DNA of 54,201 nt. It comes from Candidatus Onthousia excrementipullorum (lineage in GTDB: Bacteria > Bacillota_I > Bacilli_A > RF39 > UBA660). A program made the position numbers and the translations under genes. The stretch lies in NCBI GenBank assembly GCA_018712385.1, contig DVHC01000003.1, positions 1 to 54,201 of the forward strand. The letters run 5' to 3'. Below, one piece after another: positions 19,985 to 28,469 of this stretch. Within the stretch, counting starts at the first letter, position 1, and each line of letters begins with the position of its first letter. The notes below the pieces were generated by a model, which was not told the DNA's origin, made no database searches, and saw only the letters and a program-made list of their open reading frames with translations.

Positions 19985-20572
19985 ATGTTTATGGACTTAA
20001 GTATAATAGAAAAATTAATAACATTTATAACTCTTCCCTTTCAATCTTTTTTAACGATTGAAATACTTTTAATATTCCTTCTTATTCTTATATTTTTAAT
20101 ATACAATGAAAAAAGACAAAATAAGAAAGTTAAATATGCTATAACTGCACTCATAATTTTTTTCTTTTCCTTACTAGCCTTTTATTTTTCAGAAGATATA
20201 GTAACAGTTCTAAGTGAAATTGTTAAAACTATTATGAGATGTTTCTATTTTCCTAATATTGTCTTTTATATTTTAACAGCGATAATCTCTTTAGTTATAC
20301 TAATATATACTATCTTAAAAAATAATCTAACTAAACTAAATAAAATTATTACCTATATTTTTACCCTTATTCATCTATACTTATTTACTAATTTTATATC
20401 ACTAGCAATTATCAATAATACTTCTTTAACAAATACTGCTAATATTTATCAACATGATAATATGTTTATAATAGTTTTATTTAGCCAGATTATCTTTATA
20501 ATACTAATACTTTACAAAGTAATCTATCATTTTTGTTATATTAGACATAGTAAATTGAAAAATACAAAGTAA
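19985..20572 (+). CDS. Hypothetical polytopic membrane protein
   Basis: About five hydrophobic segments. Confidence 0.7.
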   Translation: MFMDLSIIEKLITFITLPFQSFLTIEILLIFLLILIFLIYNEKRQNKKVKYAITALIIFFFSLLAFYFSEDIVTVLSEIVKTIMRCFYFPNIVFYILTAIISLVILIYTILKNNLTKLNKIITYIFTLIHLYLFTNFISLAIINNTSLTNTANIYQHDNMFIIVLFSQIIFIILILYKVIYHFCYIRHSKLKNTK

Positions 20573-20603
20573 AATGATATAATGTCTAGGAAGTGAGGTT
20601 ATT

Positions 20604-22673
20604 ATGAAGAAAAAATTAACTAAATTCAAAGATAAAATTATTAAAAATTTAAAAAGAATAAAAGAAGAAAAGATGATAAGTAATTATTTTAAAGATAATA
20701 GACTTTTTCTTGTCTATGTTTTAGTGTGTGTTCTAAATTCTACATTACTAAGAATATTTACAATGCCGACAATGGAAAACTATCTATCTTTTAAACCTAT
20801 TGTCGCAGATATAGCAGTTGTTACTATTATTGGTTCTTTTTCGTACCTTTTTAAAGGAAAGAAAAGATATGTTTATCTACTAGTATGGGCTATTATCTTT
20901 ACAGCAATTTGTACAATTAACTCTGCTTATTATACATTCTATACATCATTTGCAAGCGTATCTATGTTATCTCTTACCCAATATATTGGTGAAGTAGGGG
21001 ATGCAGTTGTAGAAAATGTCTTACAATTAAAAGACTTAGTCTATATATTTCCTCTTATTTTCTTCATCTATTACTATCATCGTCTTGCTAAAAAAGATAA
21101 ATATAAAATTTATACTAAAGAAAAAAGACTTAAGAAGTTTAAAAATACTATTATAACAGGTGCAATTATTCTTGTCTTATTTATAGTTTCTCTATCAAGT
21201 CTAGAAATAAGTAGATTTGTTAAACAATGGAATAGAGAATATATAGTTATGAGATTTGGTATTTACTTATATCAAGGAAATGACATTGTCGCTAGTATAA
21301 GACCACAAATATCTGCCATGTTTGGTTATGACGATGCTAAGAAAGAATTTACTGAGTATTACAAAGATAGACCTAATGAACAAGATTATACAAATGAATA
21401 TACTAATGTTCTTGAAGGACGTAATGTTATTGTAATCCATGCTGAATCAATGCAAGGAATCGCTATTAATAGAACATTTAATGGCGAAGAAGTAACTCCT
21501 AATTTAAATAGATTGATTAAAGAAGGAATGTACTTTGATAATTTCTATTCAGAGGTTAGTGTAGGAACAAGTAGTGATACTGAATTAACTTATAATACAA
21601 GTCTAATGCCTACTCAAAATGGTACCGCTTTCGTAAGTTACTTTGATAGAACTTATATCTCAACACCATCTTTACTTAAAGAAAAAGGCTACTATACTTT
21701 CAGTATGCATGCTAATAATGCTGACTTCTGGAATAGAAGAGCTATGCATGAGTCTTTAGGATATGATAAGTTCTATAGTAAAGAAACATATGATGTTGAT
21801 AAAGATAATATTATTGGACTAGGATTATCTGATAAATCATTCTTTGCCCAATCAGTAGAAAAGTTAAAGAAAATAAGTAAAGAACATGATAAATATTATG
21901 GTTATATCATTACCCTTACAAACCATACACCATTCTCTGATACTGATAAATATGGAGAATTCCCTGTTACCATGAAAACAACTATAACTAATGAAGATGG
22001 TACAACAGAAGAAGTAGAAGCGCCATACTTAGAGGGCACTAAACTAGGTAATTACTTTAAATCAGTTCATTATGCTGATGCTGCTTTAGGAGAGTTCTTT
22101 AGTGAAATGGATGAAGCAGGTCTTTTAGATAATACTGTTGTAATCATATTTGGAGACCATGATGCAAGACTTCCTAGAAGTGAATTTAACTTAATGTATA
22201 ATTATGACCCAGCCACTGATGATATTAAAGATAAAGATGACCCTACATATGTAGAGTATGATAGTTTCGATTATGAATTAGACCGTAAAGTCCCACTTAT
22301 AATCTGGACAAAGGATGGTGCAGTTAAAGGTCAATATGATTATACAATGGGTATGTATGATGTAATGCCTACAATTGGTAATATGTTAGGCTTCTATAAC
22401 AAATATGCTTTAGGACATGATATTTTTGAAACCAAAGAAAACAATATTGTAGTATTTCCTAATGGTAACTGGGTAACAGACAAGATGTATTATAACAGTC
22501 AAAAAGGTGAATATAAGCTACTTAAAGACGAAATAATTGATGAAAACTACATAAAAGAGAATAATGAATATGCTGAAAAACTATTAGATGTTTCTAATAA
22601 AGCAATTGTCTTTGACTTATTTAATCCTAATAGTGAAGAAGAGGCAAGTAAAGCCGTATCTGAAGAGAATTAG
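20604..22673 (+). CDS. ltaS: LTA synthase family protein
   Basis: Five N-terminal TMs; HAESMQ, EVTPNLN, GTSSDTE, TLTNHTPF, FGDH. Confidence 0.88.
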   Translation: MKKKLTKFKDKIIKNLKRIKEEKMISNYFKDNRLFLVYVLVCVLNSTLLRIFTMPTMENYLSFKPIVADIAVVTIIGSFSYLFKGKKRYVYLLVWAIIFTAICTINSAYYTFYTSFASVSMLSLTQYIGEVGDAVVENVLQLKDLVYIFPLIFFIYYYHRLAKKDKYKIYTKEKRLKKFKNTIITGAIILVLFIVSLSSLEISRFVKQWNREYIVMRFGIYLYQGNDIVASIRPQISAMFGYDDAKKEFTEYYKDRPNEQDYTNEYTNVLEGRNVIVIHAESMQGIAINRTFNGEEVTPNLNRLIKEGMYFDNFYSEVSVGTSSDTELTYNTSLMPTQNGTAFVSYFDRTYISTPSLLKEKGYYTFSMHANNADFWNRRAMHESLGYDKFYSKETYDVDKDNIIGLGLSDKSFFAQSVEKLKKISKEHDKYYGYIITLTNHTPFSDTDKYGEFPVTMKTTITNEDGTTEEVEAPYLEGTKLGNYFKSVHYADAALGEFFSEMDEAGLLDNTVVIIFGDHDARLPRSEFNLMYNYDPATDDIKDKDDPTYVEYDSFDYELDRKVPLIIWTKDGAVKGQYDYTMGMYDVMPTIGNMLGFYNKYALGHDIFETKENNIVVFPNGNWVTDKMYYNSQKGEYKLLKDEIIDENYIKENNEYAEKLLDVSNKAIVFDLFNPNSEEEASKAVSEEN

Positions 22674-22687
22674 AGGGGAGAAAAACT

Positions 22688-23305
22688 ATGAAATTAAAGA
22701 AAAAAGTAAAAGTAATACTAGTAATAGCAATTCTTTTAATAGTAGCAGGACTAGGCTTCCTTGCCTATGAAAGCATAAAACCTAAAGCTGTTAAAACGGC
22801 GACAGTTGAAAATGAAATAAAAGATTATGGTTATACCCTTAAATCTACAAGAAATGCTAGATATAAAGAGGCATTTCAAGAATTAAAAGACATTTTAAGT
22901 AAGAAAAATGTTGATGAAGAAGCATATCTTAAACAAATAAGTAAAATGTTTATAATGGACTTTTATACCTTAGATGATAAACTGGCTAATACAGATGTTG
23001 GTGGTATTGATTTTGTTCATACTAATGCTAAAACGAACTTCTTAGAAAAGAGTGAAGATACAGTTTATAAGTATGTAGAAAATGATATTTATGGTAATAG
23101 AAATCAAAAATTACCAGAAGTTACTGATGTAACAGTTGAAAATATAGAAAATATAGAATATACTATAGGAACAGATTTTACTGATGATAATGCTTATCAA
23201 GTAGAGGTTTCTATAAAATATAAAGAAGATATGGATTATCCTACTAAAGCAACTCTTACTTTTGTTCATGAAGATAATAAGCTATCTTTAGTAGAAGTAG
23301 AATAA
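22688..23305 (+). CDS. Hypothetical membrane-anchored protein
   Basis: N-terminal TM; RBS GAGGGG. Confidence 0.75.
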   Translation: MKLKKKVKVILVIAILLIVAGLGFLAYESIKPKAVKTATVENEIKDYGYTLKSTRNARYKEAFQELKDILSKKNVDEEAYLKQISKMFIMDFYTLDDKLANTDVGGIDFVHTNAKTNFLEKSEDTVYKYVENDIYGNRNQKLPEVTDVTVENIENIEYTIGTDFTDDNAYQVEVSIKYKEDMDYPTKATLTFVHEDNKLSLVEVE

Positions 23306-23337
23306 TATCTTCTTTTTCTTTAATAGGGGGAATTTAA

Positions 23338-24144
23338 ATGAATTACAAACTAATTGCCATGGATTTTGATGGTACTCTTTTAAGAGATGATAAAACTATA
23401 TCAGAAAACACAAAAAACATTTTAAAATTATATAAAGACTTAGGTTATTTAATCGTTGGTGTAACAGCAAGAACATTAAAGAGTGCAAAAGATGTAATAC
23501 CTTTAGATATCTTTAATTATCTTATTATAAATAATGGTGTATCTATTTATAATGTAGATAGCAATGAAATGATTTATCAAGGAAATATAGATAAAGACAC
23601 TGCTAAAGCTATTACAGAGGAAATAGAGAGTTTTTGTGAACAAATAGATTATGTGACAGATAATATGTATTACATATATATTAATAAGAAAAATAGCAAT
23701 CTTGATTTTATCAGAGATATTAGTAGTATTGAGGAAATAGATGAACCAGTGGCTAGAATGAATGCATTCTTAAAAGATATAGACAAGGTAAAAGATTATT
23801 ATGAGTTAATAAGCACTAAATACGATAATGTTAATTGCTTCATAATGCAAGACTCTGATAGCATTAATAAGTGGCTTGTAATAAATCCTAAAGGAGTAAA
23901 TAAAGCGAATACTTTAAAAGAACTAGGTAAAATAGAAAATATAAGTTTAGATGAGATGATTTTCTTTGGTGATGGATTAAATGACTTAGAAGTAATAGCC
24001 GAAGTTGGCTTAGGTGTAGCGATGGGAAATGCTTTAGAAGAGATTAAAGACAAGTCAAAAGAAGTTACAGAGTCTAACAATGAAGATGGTATAGTAAAGT
24101 TTTTAGATAGAAAATTAAATAGACAAAAAGTTAAGAAACTATAG
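23338..24144 (+). CDS. Cof-type HAD-IIB hydrolase
   Basis: DFDGTLL, KGVNKA, FGDGLND, AMGNA. Confidence 0.92.
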   Translation: MNYKLIAMDFDGTLLRDDKTISENTKNILKLYKDLGYLIVGVTARTLKSAKDVIPLDIFNYLIINNGVSIYNVDSNEMIYQGNIDKDTAKAITEEIESFCEQIDYVTDNMYYIYINKKNSNLDFIRDISSIEEIDEPVARMNAFLKDIDKVKDYYELISTKYDNVNCFIMQDSDSINKWLVINPKGVNKANTLKELGKIENISLDEMIFFGDGLNDLEVIAEVGLGVAMGNALEEIKDKSKEVTESNNEDGIVKFLDRKLNRQKVKKL

Positions 24145-24162
24145 AAAAGGTAGTGATTAATA

Positions 24163-24879
24163 ATGGAAAGATTACAAAAAGTAATAGCGAATGCAGGAAT
24201 TGCCTCAAGACGTAAAGCTGAAGAACTAATTAAAGAGGGTAGAGTAACTGTTAATGGTGCAACAGTTACTGAATTAGGTACTAAAGTAACTAATAAAGAT
24301 ATAATTAAAGTAGATGGTAAACAAATTGAAAAAGAAAAAAAAGTTTATTATCTACTTAATAAACCAAGAGGAATAATAACAAGTGTTACTGATGATAAGG
24401 AAAGAAAGACTGTAGTTGATTTAATTCCTTGTCATGAAAGAATTTATCCTGTAGGCAGACTTGATTATGATACAACAGGAGTATTATTACTTACTAATGA
24501 TGGAGAGTTCGCCAATATCTTAATGCATCCAAATGATAAAGTTGAGAAAGTATATATCGTTAAAGTTAAAGGTATTATTAAAGGAAATGCCATTAATACT
24601 ATTAAAAACGGTGTTACAGTAGATGGTATAAGTTATGAGAGAGCTAAAGTTAAGTTAAGAAAAACAGATTATAAGACTAATACTTCTATGCTTACAGTTA
24701 CTATTCATGAAGGACGTAATCATGAAGTTAAGAAGATGTTTGAAGCAGTAGGTTTTAAAGTCCTAAAATTAAGAAGAGAGCGAGAATTTATCTTTGATTT
24801 AAAAGGCCTAAAGAGTGGAGAATATAGAAAACTAACCCCTAAAGAAGTCGCTATAGTCTATAGTTTAGAAAAAAAATAA
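24163..24879 (+). CDS. rluB: 23S rRNA pseudouridine synthase RluB
   Basis: MERLQK S4 domain; GRLDYDTTG; EGRNHEVK. Confidence 0.92.
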   Translation: MERLQKVIANAGIASRRKAEELIKEGRVTVNGATVTELGTKVTNKDIIKVDGKQIEKEKKVYYLLNKPRGIITSVTDDKERKTVVDLIPCHERIYPVGRLDYDTTGVLLLTNDGEFANILMHPNDKVEKVYIVKVKGIIKGNAINTIKNGVTVDGISYERAKVKLRKTDYKTNTSMLTVTIHEGRNHEVKKMFEAVGFKVLKLRREREFIFDLKGLKSGEYRKLTPKEVAIVYSLEKK

Positions 24880-24945
24880 GAGCACATTCGCTCTTTTTAA
24901 TTTTATACTTTTAACGATTTTGGTGTTTACACCAAAATCGTAATT
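24870..24945 (+). repeat. Left copy of a 76-bp direct repeat (rluB end + terminator + palindrome A)
   Basis: 70/76 identical to 25912-25987; contains ACGATTTTGGTGT-TT-ACACCAAAATCGT (24914-24941). Confidence 0.92.
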
Positions 24946-24962
24946 TAATTGATTACCAGTTT

Positions 24963-25787
24963 TTATGCTTCAAGTCTATTTTGTCGTTCTTTTTCAAGTT
25001 CCTTTATAGATTTCTTAGGAGTAGGTAAATCTTCTGGCATAGTACCCCCTAATTTTTTAATAGTCTCTCTAATCGCTTTGCCGACTTTATAATGTGTATC
25101 TGTTGCCATATTTTCATTAGGTTTTTCTTGCTTTTCAAGTAAAGCTTCCGTTTGAGTTATTCTAAATACATTAGCACCTAATTCAACACTTCCCATATTA
25201 TCTAATATATCTTCTCTATATCTTAAGCCTTTTCTCTTAGCAATATCATTTGCAGTTTCACCATTATATAAGCCTTTATATCCAGCATTAGTAAACTTAT
25301 CAAAGTTCTTTACACCTTTTTCTTTAGCAATTCTATATAAAACTTTATTACCATCTTTAGTTTGCTTTCTTCTATATAACCGTTTTTCATCTTCGCTTAA
25401 CTTTTCATATTCTTCTTCAGTTAGCTCCATTTTTCTAGTTTGTACTGCAAAATAAGTTTGGCCTAAGGCAACATTTTTATACCTAGGATTAGCATTTTGA
25501 ACTATTAAATAACAAGCATATCTGCTTAATTTATAATCAATAATTGCCTTAGAAGAAACACCAGTTTTTACTATTTTGGTGTTTACACCAAAATTGGCAT
25601 TAATATTATTGTTACTTTGAGAGCAAGCAACTTGTGCTTTTTCTATAACGGCAGAAAAGTATCTCCATTCCTTATAACCTAGTATTTGCTGTAATTCTCT
25701 AGCATACCAATATTCATTACCATTATCATCAACATGCTTAATTTCTTCAAAAGTCATTTTTTCATATTTTTCTAATTCTTTAGTCAT
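24963..25787 (-). CDS. dinD: DNA-damage-inducible protein D (Bro-N domain)
   Basis: EYWYAREL, LSRYACYLIVQN, QTYFAVQTR, GYKGLY, ILDNMGSVEL, GGTMPEDLP. Confidence 0.9.
   Translation of the reverse strand: MTKELEKYEKMTFEEIKHVDDNGNEYWYARELQQILGYKEWRYFSAVIEKAQVACSQSNNNINANFGVNTKIVKTGVSSKAIIDYKLSRYACYLIVQNANPRYKNVALGQTYFAVQTRKMELTEEEYEKLSEDEKRLYRRKQTKDGNKVLYRIAKEKGVKNFDKFTNAGYKGLYNGETANDIAKRKGLRYREDILDNMGSVELGANVFRITQTEALLEKQEKPNENMATDTHYKVGKAIRETIKKLGGTMPEDLPTPKKSIKELEKERQNRLEA
25573..25594. repeat. Intragenic palindrome B, spanning the codons for dinD F66-K71
   Basis: ATTTTGGTGT-TT-ACACCAAAAT. Confidence 0.92.
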
Positions 25788-25826
25788 AACACAAACCTCC
25801 TATCTTTGACTAATATAATTACCTAT

Positions 25827-25860
25827 TTATAGAAAAGTTATATCAGTAGCTTTTCTATAA
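25827..25860. promoter_or_regulatory. Hairpin upstream of the dinD start
   Basis: TTATAGAAAAGTTA-tatcag-TAGCTTTTCTATAA, 13/14-bp arms. Confidence 0.5.
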
Positions 25861-25911
25861 CATTTATACATATAGTGTAGCATACATTTGTTCAGAAGTA
25901 TACAAAAAACT

Positions 25912-25987
25912 AAAAAAATAAAAGCACATTCGCTCTTTTTAATTATATACCTTTTACTATTTTGGTGTTTACACCAAAATAGTAATT
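25912..25987 (+). repeat. Right copy of the 76-bp direct repeat with palindrome C
   Basis: TTACTATTTTGGTGT-TT-ACACCAAAATAGTAA (25954-25985), 15-bp arms. Confidence 0.92.
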
Positions 25988-26090
25988 AACTACAATGTTT
26001 GTTTTCTTATTATATATAATCTATTTAATCGTTCCCTTAATTATTGGCTTCTAGGCATCAGCAAAATGGTTAAAGAGGTTGTTAGTATAA

Positions 26091-26162
26091 CAGTTTTTAC
26101 TATTTTGGTGTAAACACCAAAATAGTAATTAATCGCATTATTACTTCTGGAATAAGCAACTT
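26091..26162 (-). repeat. Silent partial dinD copy containing palindrome D (centre inverted)
   Basis: 58/72 gap-free identity to 25562-25633; reads VAYSRSNNAINYYFGVYTKIVKT versus gene VACSQSNNNINANFGVNTKIVKT. Confidence 0.88.
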
Positions 26163-26240
26163 AAGTCTATATATTATTTAAAAGTATACAAAAAGAAGCC
26201 CATAAATAAAGCTTCTTTTACATTTATTATTTTATCAAGA

Positions 26241-26516
<276 letters not shown>

Positions 26517-26595
26517 TTATTTTTATAATTTTGCCTACTTTAAATTTTCTTAATAGTATGATATCATTGTAATATATAGTAAAGTAGGTGATGTC

Positions 26596-27453
26596 ATGGG
26601 AAGAATGGAACGGTATGATAGTTCTAATAGAAATACTGTTAGAAGTAGAACCGAAAAAAATAAAGACCTCTATAATGATTTAGGTAGATTAGAAAAATAT
26701 ACAACCCTTACAGATGTTTCTAAAATAGATGCCGTTGAATTAAGCTCAGCCAAAAAGAATTATCGTACAAGAGAAGGATATCACAGTCTAAAAGATTATG
26801 ATATGAATATAGAAGAAAAGCCTAAAGAAAGAAAAGAGTTAGATGAATTTAATTTCTTATATAATAATGAACATAAAACCTATGATATTAATAAAGTCCT
26901 AGAAGAAGCGAAAGAACTAAGAGAAAAAGATGCTTTAGAAAAGAAAAGAAAACTACATAATGAAAAATATAATATTCTAGAAAGTAGTGAAGAGGATTTA
27001 GAGAAATTTAAAGAAGAGACTAAACTAAGACATAAACCTATTGAAAATGAAGAAGAACTTGAAGAGTTAATTCATACTATTACTTCTAAAGAATTAAGAG
27101 AAGAAATAGATAAAGCAGAATCTAATGATAATAACAGTCTACTTAGTGATTTAATGGCTACTAATGTAAATGAAGAAGTGTTAAAGCCTATCGCTACTAA
27201 GATAGAAGATAGTAAAGTAGAAGATGATACTAAGAAACTAGATAAAGTTAAAGAAAAGACCATGTCTTTAAAAGATGAAATAGATAAATCATTCTATACT
27301 AAGAGCCTTGATTTAAGTGAAGAGGACTTTGAAAGTGATGATGAAGAAGAAGTTAAACCATCAAAGTTTATCGGTTTCTTAAAGTTCTTATTCTCATTAA
27401 TCTTAATCCTTGCAGTTGGTTTTGGAGTATATTATGTAATTACAAACTTTTAA
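26596..27453 (+). CDS. Hypothetical acidic coiled-coil protein with C-terminal TM anchor
   Basis: Charged helical body with a single C-terminal hydrophobic helix. Confidence 0.75.
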   Translation: MGRMERYDSSNRNTVRSRTEKNKDLYNDLGRLEKYTTLTDVSKIDAVELSSAKKNYRTREGYHSLKDYDMNIEEKPKERKELDEFNFLYNNEHKTYDINKVLEEAKELREKDALEKKRKLHNEKYNILESSEEDLEKFKEETKLRHKPIENEEELEELIHTITSKELREEIDKAESNDNNSLLSDLMATNVNEEVLKPIATKIEDSKVEDDTKKLDKVKEKTMSLKDEIDKSFYTKSLDLSEEDFESDDEEEVKPSKFIGFLKFLFSLILILAVGFGVYYVITNF

Positions 27454-27519
27454 AAATTGTATATCAAAACTCTTAAAATTTGTATATCAAAATCCTTAAA
27501 AATTGTATATTAAGAATTT
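27451..27519 (+). repeat. Three 23-bp tandem units (TAAAA[A/T]TTGTATAT[C/T]AA...)
   Basis: TGTATAT core at 27458, 27481 and 27504. Confidence 0.85.
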
Positions 27520-27625
27520 AGAGAACTAGAAAATAATAATATTTATTTTCTATTCTCTTTTATTGTGGCGAATTTTATGATAAACTTTAAATATGAACAA
27601 CAATATCGATAAGGGGGAATAGAAA

Positions 27626-28465
27626 ATGAATTTAAACTTTGTTTTAAATGATTACGTTTTAATCTGGAATCTTTTATTTAGTGCTTCTATTTCTTCTGAT
27701 ATTCAAAGCTTTAAACAGAAGTTGTGGAAAAACTATCGTCATAGTTATAACGAGTTATATAAAGAAGAAGAATTAATATTAAAAGACCCTAAAAACTATA
27801 TACCAGATGATGATACTATCTTTGATATGGTTAAAGCTAGTGATATATATAAAGAAATAAGAGAAGAAACAGAAAAATATCGTCTAGATTTATTACATAC
27901 TTGGGATAAAATAAAAAAAGACTTAAATAAAAACTTAAAAGAGATACTTAGATTTGATATTAAACTATATCATGTTTTAGTTGTCGATAAAAAGTTAGAT
28001 GTTATAGGAATGAAAATACCTAAGAGTAGAAGAGTAAATACTATTACTTGGGGGAATAGAGTTGATAGTGATAACTATACCCTTGCCATTATCAATATTA
28101 TTGAACATATCGTAAGAAAAGAACTTGCTAACTATCAAGTAGAATATAAAGATATCGTTGATGCTATTATTGAACTTGCAATAGATAATGAACTTACATC
28201 AAGAACCTTGAAAAAAAGTGTTTACTTAAGAGGAGATAGTTCTCTAAAATACCTAAAAAGACAACTATATCCTTACTTTCTTATGTATTTAGGTTATTCT
28301 AAAGAAGAGATATTAAATAGAATGATGGAAGATAAGATTATCTTTGAACTTGATAAATATACTTTTGAAAGAGGCCTTGCTACAGTTGACTTAAAGACTT
28401 TTATTAACTTTTGTATTAAGAATCAAAAACATATTTTAAAGATTAAAGAATTAGAAATAATATAG
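27626..28465 (+). CDS. Hypothetical protein, apparently co-transcribed with polC
   Basis: 279-aa ORF, GGGGG RBS, 4-nt gap to polC. Confidence 0.75.
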   Translation: MNLNFVLNDYVLIWNLLFSASISSDIQSFKQKLWKNYRHSYNELYKEEELILKDPKNYIPDDDTIFDMVKASDIYKEIREETEKYRLDLLHTWDKIKKDLNKNLKEILRFDIKLYHVLVVDKKLDVIGMKIPKSRRVNTITWGNRVDSDNYTLAIINIIEHIVRKELANYQVEYKDIVDAIIELAIDNELTSRTLKKSVYLRGDSSLKYLKRQLYPYFLMYLGYSKEEILNRMMEDKIIFELDKYTFERGLATVDLKTFINFCIKNQKHILKIKELEII

Positions 28466-28469
28466 GGTA

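Noticed and set aside
25880-25895. LexA box upstream of dinD (ATAC-ATTT-GTTC)
   Set aside because: Only one half matches GAAC-N4-GTTC; too weak to call.
24914-26128. Palindrome copies as a CRISPR array or plain terminators
   Set aside because: Spacing is irregular (about 660, 390 and 140 bp), one copy is coding, no cas genes are present, there is no 3' U-tract adjacent to the stems, and rluB has its own terminator at 24878-24898.
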